Positions 50,388 through 59,349 are shown, counted from the stretch's first letter. The stretch is DNA of 64,000 nt from an uncultured Verrucomicrobiae bacterium (GCA_963801815.1 CAWDGJ010000003.1:224001-288000), one strand, 5' to 3'. Notes: generated by a model not told the origin, from the letters alone. Program-made: numbers and translations.

Positions 50388-51550
50388 TAAACGTCACGCT
50401 TGTAACGCTTATCGGTCTTAAGCTTCTCGACGTAGGCGTTCGCTTCTTCGATCGATTTGCCGCCGTGCTCCTGCACGATCTTGCGTAGTGCGGCATCGAC
50501 ATCTTTGGCCATTCGCCGCGCGTCGCCGCAGACAAAAAACTGCGCACCATCGCTGTCGATCCATTTCCAGATTTCGGCAGCATGCTCGAGCATTTTGTTT
50601 TGCACGTAAATCTTGTGCGCTTGATCTCGCGACCACGCGCAGTCGAGCCGAGTGAGCAGACCGTCTTTAGTGAAACGTTCCCAATCTTCCTTGTAGGCGT
50701 AATCGCATTTCTCGCGCTGCGCGCCGAAGAAGAGCCAGTTCTTGCCTTTGGCGCCGAGCGCCTGCCGCTCCTGCAAGAACGCGCGAAACGGCGCGATGCC
50801 CGTGCCGGGTCCGATCATGATCAGCGGAATGTTTCCATCTTCCGGCATATGAAAATGTTTCGCCGAGCTCGGATAAACGGGGACCGGAACGTCGTCTGCG
50901 CGCTCGGCCATAAACGCTGAACAAACACCTTTGCGAACGCGGCCGCGGCTCTCGTACTTCACCACATCGACGATAAAGTGCACGGCGTCGGGAAAAACCC
51001 GCAGGCTCGATGCGACAGAGTACAATCGGGGCTGTAATTTTGTAAGCAGGCCGACGAATTCTGCAGGCGTGAATTTCGCCGATGGATGGTCGAGCAGGAA
51101 GTCGATCACTTCCGCGCCCCAGAGATAATTCTCCAGATCGTGTTTGCGATCCGGATGTAGCAATTCTTTCAGCATCGGCGCGGCCGCCGCGCGTTCCGCG
51201 ATCGCCTTCAAGAATTTCGGCGTCGGTTGCGTGATCGAGTAATCGCGCAGCAATGCTTCACGCAACGGTTTCGTCGTTTTCGCGGCCGTTACCGGCTCGT
51301 CGCCCTTTGCACCGAGCACGCGAATGATCTCTTCGACGAGCGGCGGATCGTTGGTCGGATAAACCGCGACCGAATCGCCGGGTTCAAAGCTCAGTCCCCA
51401 ATTCGTCAGATCGATTTCGAAATGGCGGGTGTCCTTTTCCGACTCCGGCGCGCTCAATCGCCGGTTGACGACCAGTTTTCCAGGAAATGGGTTTTGCCGA
51501 GTCCATTGCGAAGCGGACGCCGGTTTTGCTGGGGCACTGACTTCAGACAT
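50384..51550 (-). CDS. Sulfite reductase flavoprotein-like FAD/NADPH reductase lacking the flavodoxin domain
   Basis: PRLYSVASS, GVCS, GPGTGIAPFR, WLFFG, KIYVQ, CGDARRMAKDV and RYKRDVY; only 388 aa. Confidence 0.9.
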   Translation of the reverse strand: MSEVSAPAKPASASQWTRQNPFPGKLVVNRRLSAPESEKDTRHFEIDLTNWGLSFEPGDSVAVYPTNDPPLVEEIIRVLGAKGDEPVTAAKTTKPLREALLRDYSITQPTPKFLKAIAERAAAAPMLKELLHPDRKHDLENYLWGAEVIDFLLDHPSAKFTPAEFVGLLTKLQPRLYSVASSLRVFPDAVHFIVDVVKYESRGRVRKGVCSAFMAERADDVPVPVYPSSAKHFHMPEDGNIPLIMIGPGTGIAPFRAFLQERQALGAKGKNWLFFGAQREKCDYAYKEDWERFTKDGLLTRLDCAWSRDQAHKIYVQNKMLEHAAEIWKWIDSDGAQFFVCGDARRMAKDVDAALRKIVQEHGGKSIEEANAYVEKLKTDKRYKRDVY

Positions 51551-51638
51551 GGTGCCTTCTGTAACGGCGGTCTAGGATCGTCGCAAATTTTTAGTGCGAC
51601 GACCTCGGCCATCTATTGCACTTTGCGTTTGGAACGCT

Positions 51639-51869
51639 TTAACCGTCGTTGCCGATCGCCAGCGTCGGACAAACTTCCATGGCGCGCTGGGCAGCCGCGC
51701 TTTCTGCGTCCCCTCCAGGTTGCTTTGCGAAATAAGCGGCCGTTTCATCGGCGTTGGTCTTCAAAAGCATCGGCGCTTCTTCAAGGCAGGTGCGGCACAT
51801 CGTGCATGTCGTGTCGACGTACCACGCTCCCGGAACATTCAAAGGCTGCTTGCTACGCTTGTCCGCCAT
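51639..51869 (-). CDS. Single-cluster ferredoxin
   Basis: NVPGAWYVDTTCTMCRTC...CPTLAI (CxxCxxC...CP). Confidence 0.92.
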   Translation of the reverse strand: MADKRSKQPLNVPGAWYVDTTCTMCRTCLEEAPMLLKTNADETAAYFAKQPGGDAESAAAQRAMEVCPTLAIGNDG

Positions 51870-51934
51870 GGCGTGCGTTGTACTAAATGAAAAAGAGCGG
51901 CGCAATCTCTTAGCGAGGTCACGCTAGTTTCGCG

Positions 51935-52057
51935 GCGTCGGAATCGCACTCGATTCAACTTCGGGTCGTCATCTTTCTCAGCGATCCAGCGGTTGCGGGT
52001 TGGCGCGACGACTCTAAACTCACGCCAGCGTGTTCGAGTGCGAATCGACGCGCTCGA
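51935..52057 (+). promoter_or_regulatory. Structured leader with mutually exclusive pairings upstream of the MFS gene
   Basis: 52034-52043 can pair with 51944-51953 (perfect 10 bp) or with 52049-52057, next to ATG 52060. Confidence 0.4.
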
Positions 52058-52059
52058 GC

Positions 52060-53451
52060 ATGCCTAACGAATACGAATCGCCGATTGGAGATCGTCCGGA
52101 GATTTGCGGCGCGGTAGTGCCGCCGAAACACGATCCCTACGCCGCATTCCGTTCACGCGGGTTCCGTTTCTTCACGACCGGCAATGTGTTGTCGATCATC
52201 GGCCGGCAAATGCTGGCGGTTGCGGTGGAGTGGGAAATTTATCGACGCACCCATTCCGCAACCGCGCTCGGGCTGGTCGGTCTCGTCTTCGCGATTGCGA
52301 TTGTCGGTCTATCGTTACCGGCGGGACATCTCGCCGACAGGATCAGCCGAAAGCAGATCATTCTTGTTTCTCAAATTTTCAGCGCGATTACGTCGGCGCT
52401 GCTCGCGCTGGTTTCATGGCAACATCTTGCCATCCCGCAGTTTTCGATTTTGCGCGCGGGCAATCGAGGGCTCACCGCGATCGCCGCGGTCTTCGAGAAA
52501 CATGACCAAACATTTCACTTCGACGACGCATCGATTCCGATCATCTATCTCTTGCTTTTTCTCGGCGCGATAGCCCGCACGTTTTCATGGGCGGCGCGAA
52601 GTTCATTTTTTCCGACGCTGGTGCCTCGCGACGCGTTTTCAAATGCCGTGACCTGGAACAGCAGTGTATTTCAAATCGGTTCGGTCGTTGGTCCCGCGCT
52701 CAGCGGTTTTGTGGTCGCGCACCGGGGTTTTCCGATCGTCTACGCAATCGACGCAATTACCTCGACATTGTTTTTCCTGCTGGTGTTGCCAATTCCGCGC
52801 GCGCCGCAGGCGGGAGAACGGAAGGAGCAAAGCACCTGGCACAGTTTGGTCGCAGGAGCGAAATTCGTGTTCAGCAAAAAAGTTATCCTCGCCACCATCA
52901 CGCTCGACTTGTTTGCGGTTTTACTAGGCGGATCGGTCGCTCTGTTGCCAATCTTTGCCGATCAAATTCTCCACTGCGGTCCAGTGGGTCTTGGTTGGCT
53001 GCGGGCCGCGCCGGCGATTGGCGCGTTCGCAACAGCGCTTTTGGTCGCGTACTTGCCGCCGATGCGGCAGGCCGGCAAAAGGTTGCTTTGGTGCGTTGCC
53101 GGATTCGGAATCGCCACCATCGTCTTCGGATTATCGAAGGCGTTTTGGCTTTCGTTGTTAATGCTCTTCATCGCGGGCGCGGTCGACAGCGTGAGTGTGA
53201 TTATTCGCGGCTCTATTGTGCAGTTAGTGACACCGGATGAAATGCGCGGTCGCGTTTCGTCCGTAAATAATATCTTCATCGGGACCTCGAACGAATTCGG
53301 CGCGCTTGAATCGGGGTTAACGGCAGCTTTGTTTGGCCCGGTTATTTCAGTGGTCGGCGGTGGAATTGGAACAATTCTGGTCGTTCTCGGCGCTGCCTGG
53401 AAATGGCCGGAGATCCGCAAAATCGGCGCGCTCGACCGGAATTTGAGGTAG
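52060..53451 (+). CDS. MFS transporter (EntS/DHA3-like)
   Basis: AGHLADRISRK, NAVTWNS, ITLDLFAVL and TPDEMRGRV motifs. Confidence 0.9.
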   Translation: MPNEYESPIGDRPEICGAVVPPKHDPYAAFRSRGFRFFTTGNVLSIIGRQMLAVAVEWEIYRRTHSATALGLVGLVFAIAIVGLSLPAGHLADRISRKQIILVSQIFSAITSALLALVSWQHLAIPQFSILRAGNRGLTAIAAVFEKHDQTFHFDDASIPIIYLLLFLGAIARTFSWAARSSFFPTLVPRDAFSNAVTWNSSVFQIGSVVGPALSGFVVAHRGFPIVYAIDAITSTLFFLLVLPIPRAPQAGERKEQSTWHSLVAGAKFVFSKKVILATITLDLFAVLLGGSVALLPIFADQILHCGPVGLGWLRAAPAIGAFATALLVAYLPPMRQAGKRLLWCVAGFGIATIVFGLSKAFWLSLLMLFIAGAVDSVSVIIRGSIVQLVTPDEMRGRVSSVNNIFIGTSNEFGALESGLTAALFGPVISVVGGGIGTILVVLGAAWKWPEIRKIGALDRNLR

Positions 53452-53452
53452 G

Positions 53453-53516
53453 CTGTGGAGGCAGCCGTTTCGGCTGGATTCAAAGAATGTTGCAGGCAGG
53501 ACGCCTGCCGCCACAG
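53453..53516. repeat. REPIN-like palindromic element
   Basis: CTGTGG...CCACAG termini; internal hairpins CAGCCG-TTT-CGGCTG and GCAGGC-AGGAC-GCCTGC. Confidence 0.7.
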
Positions 53517-53525
53517 AATTGAGGG

Positions 53526-54320
53526 ATGAAAGTTGCGGTGGCCCAGATTTCCTGCGCGCTCGGAGATTTTGACGCGAACCTGCGTAAGATTCGTGACTTT
53601 TCTGCACGGGCGAAAAATTCTGGCGCGGAGTTGATTGTTTTTCCGGAAATGTCCGACACCGGATACTCGATGCCGATCATCCGGAAACACGCCAAGCCCT
53701 GGAAGGAAGGCGCGGCCAGTGAGCTCCTACAAATCGCAAGAGAGAACTCGATCGCAATCATCGCCGGAATTTCGGATCGCGAGGGCGATTCCATCTTCAA
53801 CGCCCAGGTCTTAGTGAATGCACGCGGCGACGTTCTTGCGAAATATCGCAAGACTCACCTTGTGACCGCTGCGCCGCTGGATGAGCGCGTTTGTTTTTCG
53901 CCGGGGAACGAATTCGTCACCTGTAAGATTAACCACTTTGTTGTTGGCTTGAGTATTTGTTACGATCTGCGATTTCCAGAAATGGCGCGAACGCTTGTCG
54001 TGAAGCACGGCGCCAACCTGATCGTAAATTCCTCTGCCTGGCCGATTGTGCGCGCCGAACATTTGCGAATCCTTGCACTCGCGCGCGCGGTGGAAAATCA
54101 ATGTTACTTCATCATTGCCAATCGCGTCGGGACGGACGACGGCGTCACCCTGTGCGGTTCTTCCGTGATTGTTGATCCGTCCGGAAAAATTCTAGCGACT
54201 GCGTCGAGCGATCGCGAAGAGTTAATCCAGGGCGAGATCTCGATCGACGTGATCGCCGACGTGCGGAAGAAAGTCCCGGCGTTTGCCCATCGCCGCGGTG
54301 AGTTGTACAACATGCCCTGA
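53526..54320 (+). CDS. Carbon-nitrogen hydrolase (nitrilase superfamily)
   Basis: FPEM, YRKTHL, ICYDLRFPE and ARAVENQ (E-K-C triad). Confidence 0.93.
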   Translation: MKVAVAQISCALGDFDANLRKIRDFSARAKNSGAELIVFPEMSDTGYSMPIIRKHAKPWKEGAASELLQIARENSIAIIAGISDREGDSIFNAQVLVNARGDVLAKYRKTHLVTAAPLDERVCFSPGNEFVTCKINHFVVGLSICYDLRFPEMARTLVVKHGANLIVNSSAWPIVRAEHLRILALARAVENQCYFIIANRVGTDDGVTLCGSSVIVDPSGKILATASSDREELIQGEISIDVIADVRKKVPAFAHRRGELYNMP

Positions 54321-54359
54321 AACGGCCAATCACCGCCGCGCGCTCGATTCACTAGCGGA

Positions 54360-54749
54360 ATGAAGGCAAATCGCATTTGTATCGCCCTAGCGGCCGCGGT
54401 TGCGTTTTCCGGCGTTTGTCTGGCCGAAGAGAATTCAACTCCGCAACAAGTGTTCGATGGAATGCGCGAGAGTTTCCAGGCGGACAAGGCAAAGGGTGTG
54501 CACGCGAAATATCAGTGGGAATTAAGCGGGCCGAATGGCGGCGATTGGTGGATCGACGTTGAAGACGGAAAATTCACCATGGGTAAGGGTAAGATCGACA
54601 GTCCGACGGTGACATTCATCACGAGCGACAACGATTGGGTGGCAATGTGCAACGGCAAGCTTAAGGGAACCTGGGCCTTTATGACTGGCCGCTTGAAAGT
54701 ACACGGTCCGCAGTCCGTGGCGCGAAAGCTGGACGAAATATTCCCTTAA
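54360..54749 (+). CDS. SCP2 sterol/lipid-binding domain protein with signal peptide
   Basis: YQWELSG..GG.WWI, AFMTGRLKVHG; N-terminal Sec-type signal. Confidence 0.85.
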   Translation: MKANRICIALAAAVAFSGVCLAEENSTPQQVFDGMRESFQADKAKGVHAKYQWELSGPNGGDWWIDVEDGKFTMGKGKIDSPTVTFITSDNDWVAMCNGKLKGTWAFMTGRLKVHGPQSVARKLDEIFP

Positions 54750-55696
54750 AACTTCGCTTCGACGGCTAGGCGCACATACGGCGCCGGGTCCGTCTTGACC
54801 GCTGCCTCGGCGCGGAAGAAATCGAAATCGCGTCTAACCGTGCAGCCGACATCCAGCGTGATGTCGAAGGGTTTAAAATGAGAATAAGTTGCCTGTACTC
54901 CAGTTCGGATTTCACTGTACTGCACAATCGGATCGTGGACCACAAGTTTGGCTGCCGGCGTGATTACGTTGTCCGTGCGAAAGCTCGCGTAGTACAAATC
55001 TCCCGCCACCCGAAATTCCCAGTCGTCATTGGGATTGTAAACCAGCGCCGGTTTCGGAAACACGCCTTCGAGGCGCAAATGATCGGTGAAAAGCCAAATC
55101 AATCCGCCGCCCGGCGCGGCAATTGGGTTTGAATTGATGGCTCCCCCGGCACCGATCACTCCATAAATTTTGTCCTTCTGGAGCGGAAACGTGACCCAAA
55201 CCTTCCAGGGAATATCAAACGCGTCGCTATTGGCGTGATCCTCGAAATAAACGCCGGGGTCGAGCTCAATCCCAGCGCCCGCGTGATCTTTGTAAATATA
55301 CTCGTAGGCAACCAGTGCGTGAATGGTCTGCAAATGATCTGGGAGTCCATTGTTGCCACCTATGACCGCGCCCGTTGGAGACAAATGATTCGGCCCATTG
55401 TCGCCACCGAAATCGAAGCGCTCATACTCAGCGCCGATCCGCAAATACCAGTTCCCGGTAATCAAAAATCGGTGCGCGTAACTGATATCGTTGTAGAGCG
55501 AATCGCCGTCTCCGAACTTACCGTTGTAATGTTTAAAGTCGCTGTCGCCGGTGTAGGTCGTCTCGTAGTTGAAGATTTCCGTAGAATTCTGCTCTGCTGG
55601 ACTCGGCGCCGGTTGCAATTCCGGGCCCGCGCCGGCAAACGCGGATAGAGCAAAATTAAGAAAAGGAAGGGTTAAGGCGAGGCGAAGGCGATTCAT
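54746..55696 (-). CDS. Outer-membrane beta-barrel protein (DUF6268-like)
   Basis: Signal peptide, alternating beta-strand pattern, C-terminal Phe (YVRLAVEAKF). Confidence 0.75.
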   Translation of the reverse strand: MNRLRLALTLPFLNFALSAFAGAGPELQPAPSPAEQNSTEIFNYETTYTGDSDFKHYNGKFGDGDSLYNDISYAHRFLITGNWYLRIGAEYERFDFGGDNGPNHLSPTGAVIGGNNGLPDHLQTIHALVAYEYIYKDHAGAGIELDPGVYFEDHANSDAFDIPWKVWVTFPLQKDKIYGVIGAGGAINSNPIAAPGGGLIWLFTDHLRLEGVFPKPALVYNPNDDWEFRVAGDLYYASFRTDNVITPAAKLVVHDPIVQYSEIRTGVQATYSHFKPFDITLDVGCTVRRDFDFFRAEAAVKTDPAPYVRLAVEAKF

Positions 55697-55889
55697 AATT
55701 TTGACCAGGCGGGTTGTCGACCCTGTATACGCAGGTGCCAGGCCAACTCCGTGTATCGCAATTCGGTATTCTCAGCAAGTCCTAGAATTGTACGATTGCG
55801 AGACTTGCCTGATTTAGCGACATTTTTCGACTCCAGGACGATCGGAGGTTGACTGGCTTGATGTTCATTTTACATTCCACCTCCCGCCT

Positions 55890-56576
55890 GTGATAACTCC
55901 CCCTTTAGCAATGGTGAATCCGGTCGCTGGTCTCGACCATGGTGTCGCACTGTGGTTTCATGCTCATCTCACCCATAAATTCGTGGCGGTGTTGCGGGCG
56001 ATCACAGAATTCGGTTCGAGTGAATGGATCGGCATTGTCCTGTCGTTAGCCGTGTTGTTTTTTCTTTTGAAGCGGTGGTGGCTTTCCCTCGCCACCCTGG
56101 TGATAGCAGTTCCGGGCGGAATGTTACTGAACGAGTTGGTAAAAGTTTTGGTGCATCGACACCGGCCGTTTGTCGACGGATGGTTTGTGGATTGGTCGGG
56201 TTACAGTTTCGCCAGCGGACACACGATCGGCGCGACCTTGCTTTACGGACAAGTCGCTCTGTTTCTCGTCCCGGTGATCAAGAGTCGGCGCGGTCGGGTT
56301 TTGCTTTTTTCGTTGGCGACACTTGTTATCGCCCTGGTGGGTTTTAGCCGAATTGCGCTTGGCGCACATTATTTTACGGATGTCTTAGCGGGAATGTTTT
56401 TGGGATCGGTCTGGCTCTCACTCTGTTTTGTCGTTTCGCGGCCGCTGCGACGAATCAGTTTGGTGCCGGTTATCGAAAACGTCTTGCCGGAACCGGAGCA
56501 CGAGTTGGTCCCGGCGCCGGTATCGGTTCAGGCAGATGTGATTATCACGCCCTCGGCACAAAATTCTTTCGTTTAG
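55890..56576 (+). CDS. PAP2-family phosphatase
   Basis: KVLVHRHRP, SFASGH and SRIALGAHYFTDV motifs. Confidence 0.92.
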   Translation: MITPPLAMVNPVAGLDHGVALWFHAHLTHKFVAVLRAITEFGSSEWIGIVLSLAVLFFLLKRWWLSLATLVIAVPGGMLLNELVKVLVHRHRPFVDGWFVDWSGYSFASGHTIGATLLYGQVALFLVPVIKSRRGRVLLFSLATLVIALVGFSRIALGAHYFTDVLAGMFLGSVWLSLCFVVSRPLRRISLVPVIENVLPEPEHELVPAPVSVQADVIITPSAQNSFV

Positions 56577-56650
56577 GCCGCTTTGGCCATCCGGCAACGC
56601 GAGCATCCGCGTTCCGTGTTAGCATTCGCGTCGTACCGGCGCTTCAAAGA

Positions 56651-57682
56651 ATGAAGGTTCCGAACAAAGTTCGTCTAACTTTTTATCTGCTTGGCTTTGC
56701 CGGAGCGGCGCTTTTCACCACGCTGCTAATTCGAGAAGGCGCTGCTCAAATCGGTTCCGCGATCGCGACCGCAGGTTGGGCGCTGCTTATCGTTATAGCC
56801 TATCATTTTTTGGTTCCAGTGCTTCTCGACACGTTTGCCTGGTGGGTCTTGTTTCCGCGAGCTGAGCGTCCGCCATTGCGAAAATTGTATTGGATGCGCT
56901 GGGTTGGGGAATCGGTCAGCACGCTCGTGCCGTCAGCTGCAGTCGGCGGTGACATCGTTCGCGCGCGATTGGCGGCGATTCACGGCACGCCCGTGGCAAC
57001 GTCGGCTGCAACTGTGCTGGTCGACCTTACGCTCGGGGTTTTTACGCAGGCAGCTTTTACGTTGCTCGGGGTTGTTCTTCTGGTCATCACCACCGGCCAG
57101 AGAAATTTTGTCGGCCCTACAATCATCGGCATCGTTGTCGGCGTTGTTGCCGTCGGCGGTTTTTATTTTGTCCAACGGCTCGGCATGTTTCGTTTTCTAG
57201 CGCGAATGATCGCAAAGCTGGCGAATTCGCCCGAATGGCAGTCGCTTATCCACAGTGGCGCGACCCTCGACGAAACTGTTCGATCACTCTACGGCCGGCG
57301 CCGCGCAGTGATGGCTTGTTGTGGGTGGACAATTCTCTCGCTCATCCTCAATTCAGGGGAAATCTGGATCGCGATGTGGGCCTTGAACCTGCACGCGACG
57401 CTGGTGAATGCGGTAATTTTGCAGAGCATGGCGCTAACAATTCGCTCAGCCGCTTTCGCCGTGCCGGCCGGACTCGGAGTGCAAGAAGGCGGCTACGTGG
57501 TTGTGGCTTGCCTTCTCGGAATCGCAAGCGATCCCTCAAAATGCGGAGAAATCGGCTTTGCCTTGTCGGTCATCGCGCGTGTGCGTGAGCTCGGTTTCGG
57601 AATTCCCGGCTTGATCATCTGGCAATTGATTGAAGGTCGACGTTTACTGCGAACGCGCACCGAAGAAACGGCCTTGTCGTAA
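56651..57682 (+). CDS. Lysylphosphatidylglycerol-synthase TM / HpnL-like flippase
   Basis: LVPSAAVGGD.VR and VPAGLGVQEGG motifs; polytopic. Confidence 0.8.
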   Translation: MKVPNKVRLTFYLLGFAGAALFTTLLIREGAAQIGSAIATAGWALLIVIAYHFLVPVLLDTFAWWVLFPRAERPPLRKLYWMRWVGESVSTLVPSAAVGGDIVRARLAAIHGTPVATSAATVLVDLTLGVFTQAAFTLLGVVLLVITTGQRNFVGPTIIGIVVGVVAVGGFYFVQRLGMFRFLARMIAKLANSPEWQSLIHSGATLDETVRSLYGRRRAVMACCGWTILSLILNSGEIWIAMWALNLHATLVNAVILQSMALTIRSAAFAVPAGLGVQEGGYVVVACLLGIASDPSKCGEIGFALSVIARVRELGFGIPGLIIWQLIEGRRLLRTRTEETALS

Positions 57683-58587
57683 AGTTTCAGTTTGCCAATT
57701 GCACGACTTAAGTTTGCAAGTTGTCGTTTCACCTTCGCAGGATTTGTGAAGTTAGTTCTCACGCCCCACCAGATCCACGCCAGCCCGCCGGGCAGATTGA
57801 GTTGTTGTTTGAGCTGCGCGATCACTTCGCGATCGCTGTAGGCCTCGAGAAATGTGGTCGCAAATGGCAACCATTGCCGGCTTGGCACTGTTCCAACCAA
57901 ATCGAGCAAGAACACGAGTAAGTCGTCAGCCTGCCGCGCCGCTGCCGACAACGACTTTTCGTGGTAGATCTCAAAGTCGATCAAACGCGCGCGATTCGTC
58001 TTAGTTTCGTAGATTACGTTTGTCACGCTGGCATCGCCGTGCGACCAACGGTCCCGGAATTCATCGCTCCAAAATTGGTGGGCGCGATGCAGTTCCACTG
58101 CCGCCGCGCGCAACATCGGTCGTGTCAGCGTCCCGCGATTCAGGTGGTCCCATAAACTTTCGCCTGGAAGTTTATCGGCGATAACTGTGCGCACACCCGA
58201 ATTACGCGCTTGAAAACAGTCCCCGTTGAGCATTTCGAAGCAATCGACCTCCCATCGCTGCCAGTCTTCAACCTTGCTCCAGAAGCGGATCGGAATTCCG
58301 GAGAAAAGAAAATAAAGGTTTGTGAGTTCGGCCAGCTGTTCGCTGTGAATATTTCGGCGTTTCACCACGACCGGACGTTTTCGCCGGACTTTTTCAGAAA
58401 CGGAGTTGATCGCGATCGTTTCGACCAGTTTTGTAGCGGCCGTCGCCAAGGCTTGCGGCGCCTCTCCGATCTTGCTCGCTGCAATGATCAAACCGGTTGG
58501 AACCAGATTCTCAACCAGTGGAGCTCCATCCCCTAAAATTCCCATCTTCGCTTTTCTCTTCGACGATTTTGATCGCGTTTGCTTCAA
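57493..58587 (-). CDS. Protein-kinase-like (APH/Kdo/RIO-fold) hypothetical protein
   Basis: VVVKRR, HGDASVTNVI and LIDFE catalytic motifs. Confidence 0.7.
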   Translation of the reverse strand: MKQTRSKSSKRKAKMGILGDGAPLVENLVPTGLIIAASKIGEAPQALATAATKLVETIAINSVSEKVRRKRPVVVKRRNIHSEQLAELTNLYFLFSGIPIRFWSKVEDWQRWEVDCFEMLNGDCFQARNSGVRTVIADKLPGESLWDHLNRGTLTRPMLRAAAVELHRAHQFWSDEFRDRWSHGDASVTNVIYETKTNRARLIDFEIYHEKSLSAAARQADDLLVFLLDLVGTVPSRQWLPFATTFLEAYSDREVIAQLKQQLNLPGGLAWIWWGVRTNFTNPAKVKRQLANLSRAIGKLKLYDKAVSSVRVRSKRRPSINCQMIKPGIPKPSSRTRAMTDKAKPISPHFEGSLAIPRRQATTT

Positions 58588-58605
58588 TTTTTTCTCGTCG
58601 AAAAC

Positions 58606-59349
58606 TCAAACTATAATCGTTTCTCCAACTTTCATTACGCGTAACTCCGTTTTTGCGCCGGACGTTTTCAATTCAGCACTGAATTCCTCGGGTGTTCCAG
58701 TAAGGACCGGAAACGTGCCATAGTGCATCGGAATGGCGAGGCGCGGACCGACCGCCTTCACAGCATCCGCCGCCTGTGCCGGTCCCATCGTGAAATGATC
58801 TCCAATGCAAACGAGCATGATGTCGACCTTCTTGTAATCGGAAACGCGCGCGATGTCGGAAAAGAAACCGGTGTCGCCGGTGTGATAGATGGTTGGCCCA
58901 TTCCGGAGGGACATGACGAGTCCGGTTGGCATTCCCGCTCCAACCGGCGGCGAATTTTCATCCTTTCGCACGGTCGATCCATGCCAGGCGGGAACGAACC
59001 AGACCGTCAGTTCACCGTTGAGCAATTTGAGTTGTCCGCCGATGTGTCCGGTTGTCTCGGCGCTGGCTTGATCGGCTGGATAACCAAGCACGCTCACCAC
59101 CGCAGCTGACAAATCAAAATTCGCAACCAGCTTCGCGCCTGTTCTCTTTCCGATCTCGACCGAGTCGCCGACGTGGTCTCCGTGACCATGCGTGAGCAAA
59201 ATGAGATCGACACTTTGGAGGTTTGCGAGTTCCTCCTTGCCTTTGTCGAAAACGGGATTGGTCAGCCACGGATCGATCAAAAAAGTCTTCCCACCGGGCG
59301 TAAGGATCTTGAAGCCGGACTGCCCGTACCAGCTAAGTTGCGTTGCCAT
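58606..59349 (-). CDS. UPF0173-type MBL-fold metal-dependent hydrolase
   Basis: IDPWL, THGHGDH, YHTGDT, IGDHFTM and PMHYGTFP motifs. Confidence 0.92.
   Translation of the reverse strand: MATQLSWYGQSGFKILTPGGKTFLIDPWLTNPVFDKGKEELANLQSVDLILLTHGHGDHVGDSVEIGKRTGAKLVANFDLSAAVVSVLGYPADQASAETTGHIGGQLKLLNGELTVWFVPAWHGSTVRKDENSPPVGAGMPTGLVMSLRNGPTIYHTGDTGFFSDIARVSDYKKVDIMLVCIGDHFTMGPAQAADAVKAVGPRLAIPMHYGTFPVLTGTPEEFSAELKTSGAKTELRVMKVGETIIV

Noticed and set aside
51929..52058. 6S RNA
   Set aside because: A rod with a central bubble is possible, but about 130 nt is short, no terminator is seen and it abuts an ATG. Kept only as an unknown structured leader.
55729..55746. sigma54 promoter for the barrel gene (TGGCCTGGCACCTGC) and a similar GG-N10-GC upstream of msrA
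   Set aside because: The spacing fits but the match to TGGCAC-N5-TTGC is weak, and chance occurrence is likely in GC-rich DNA.
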